Shown piece by piece: positions 63,716 through 64,000 of a stretch of DNA of 64,000 bases (position 1 is the stretch's first letter; each line of letters begins with the position of its first letter). The stretch lies in the NCBI GenBank assembly GCA_013265495.1, contig MU063892.1, positions 7,287,308-7,351,307 on the forward strand. Reading direction: 5' to 3'. The stretch is from Vicugna vicugna (Eukaryota). The position numbers were made by a program, and so were the translations under genes. Under the pieces are notes generated by a model that was given only the letters and a program-made list of their open reading frames with translations, searched no databases and had not been told where the DNA came from.

Positions 63716-63784
63716 CTGGAGTCAGCTGCCCTGTTCCACACAGTGATCAGAAGGCGCTTCTGTTCATCTTCCTCTTGGACAGGA
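63716..63784 (-). CDS. RGS3: RGS3 C2-domain exon: (F)PVQEEDEQKRLLITVWNRAADS(R), 69 nt, phase 2 to 2
   Basis: Acceptor tttgctttgcag|TCCTGTC, donor TCCAG|gtgagg; in frame with the next exon. Confidence 0.93.
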
Positions 63785-64000
63785 CTGCAAAGCAAATCAG
63801 ACAGTCAGAGTGTTATCAGGGCCGAGCTCTAGTCCAGACCCACAGAGTCCATCATAATGGCAAATTTTGGAAATAACCTGACCATCCAGCCGTCAAGAGC
63901 TGGTTAAATAAACCAGAGCACAAAGAGTGTGGGAGGTGAGTACTTATATTCATAAAAGAGTTTACATTACATTGCTGAGGATGAAAAAGAGGTTACAACA

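Larger units (their letters stand above)
1..64000 (-). other. RGS3: RGS3 gene body (partial; window lies within the gene, first C2 exons and RGS-domain exons fall outside)
   Basis: 15 minus-strand exons recovered. The spliced translation matches RGS3 as I recall it (ITIPRGKDGFGFTICCDSPVRVQAVDSGGPAERAGL..., VTLFAYSDLLLFTKEDEPGRC...). No MFETEADE exon or RGS-box exons were found, so the gene should continue below position 1. Confidence 0.96.

Overview
Mammalian genomic DNA, probably camelid (two tRNA-derived SINEs of the camelid vic-1 type, plus Laurasiatherian-type L1 3' stubs). The whole window appears to lie inside RGS3 on the minus strand. I could splice 13 consecutive coding exons with GT-AG ends and consistent phases, from 63784 down to 18673. 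They encode the end of the C2 domain, the PDZ domain, a linker and a PH-like region. There is also an alternative first coding exon (MNRFNGLCKVCSERRYRQ, the PDZ-RGS3 start, 50743-50796) and an alternative terminal exon (KLHPYGSLQQEMGPANSTNATQD..., 14274 down to an N gap) that would give a protein without an RGS domain. The RGS-domain exons and the first C2 exons are outside the window. Introns hold a full-length RPL35A processed pseudogene, a solo ERV LTR nested in a MIR, short L1 stubs with target-site duplications, Tigger/MER5-type DNA elements, and old L1/L2/MIR/MLT1 repeats. Three of the five N gaps hide functional sequence. Gene and repeat names come from my recollection of known sequences, not from searches. 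I found no evidence for a wholly new biological system; the best leads concern RGS3 isoform architecture and candidate intronic regulatory elements.
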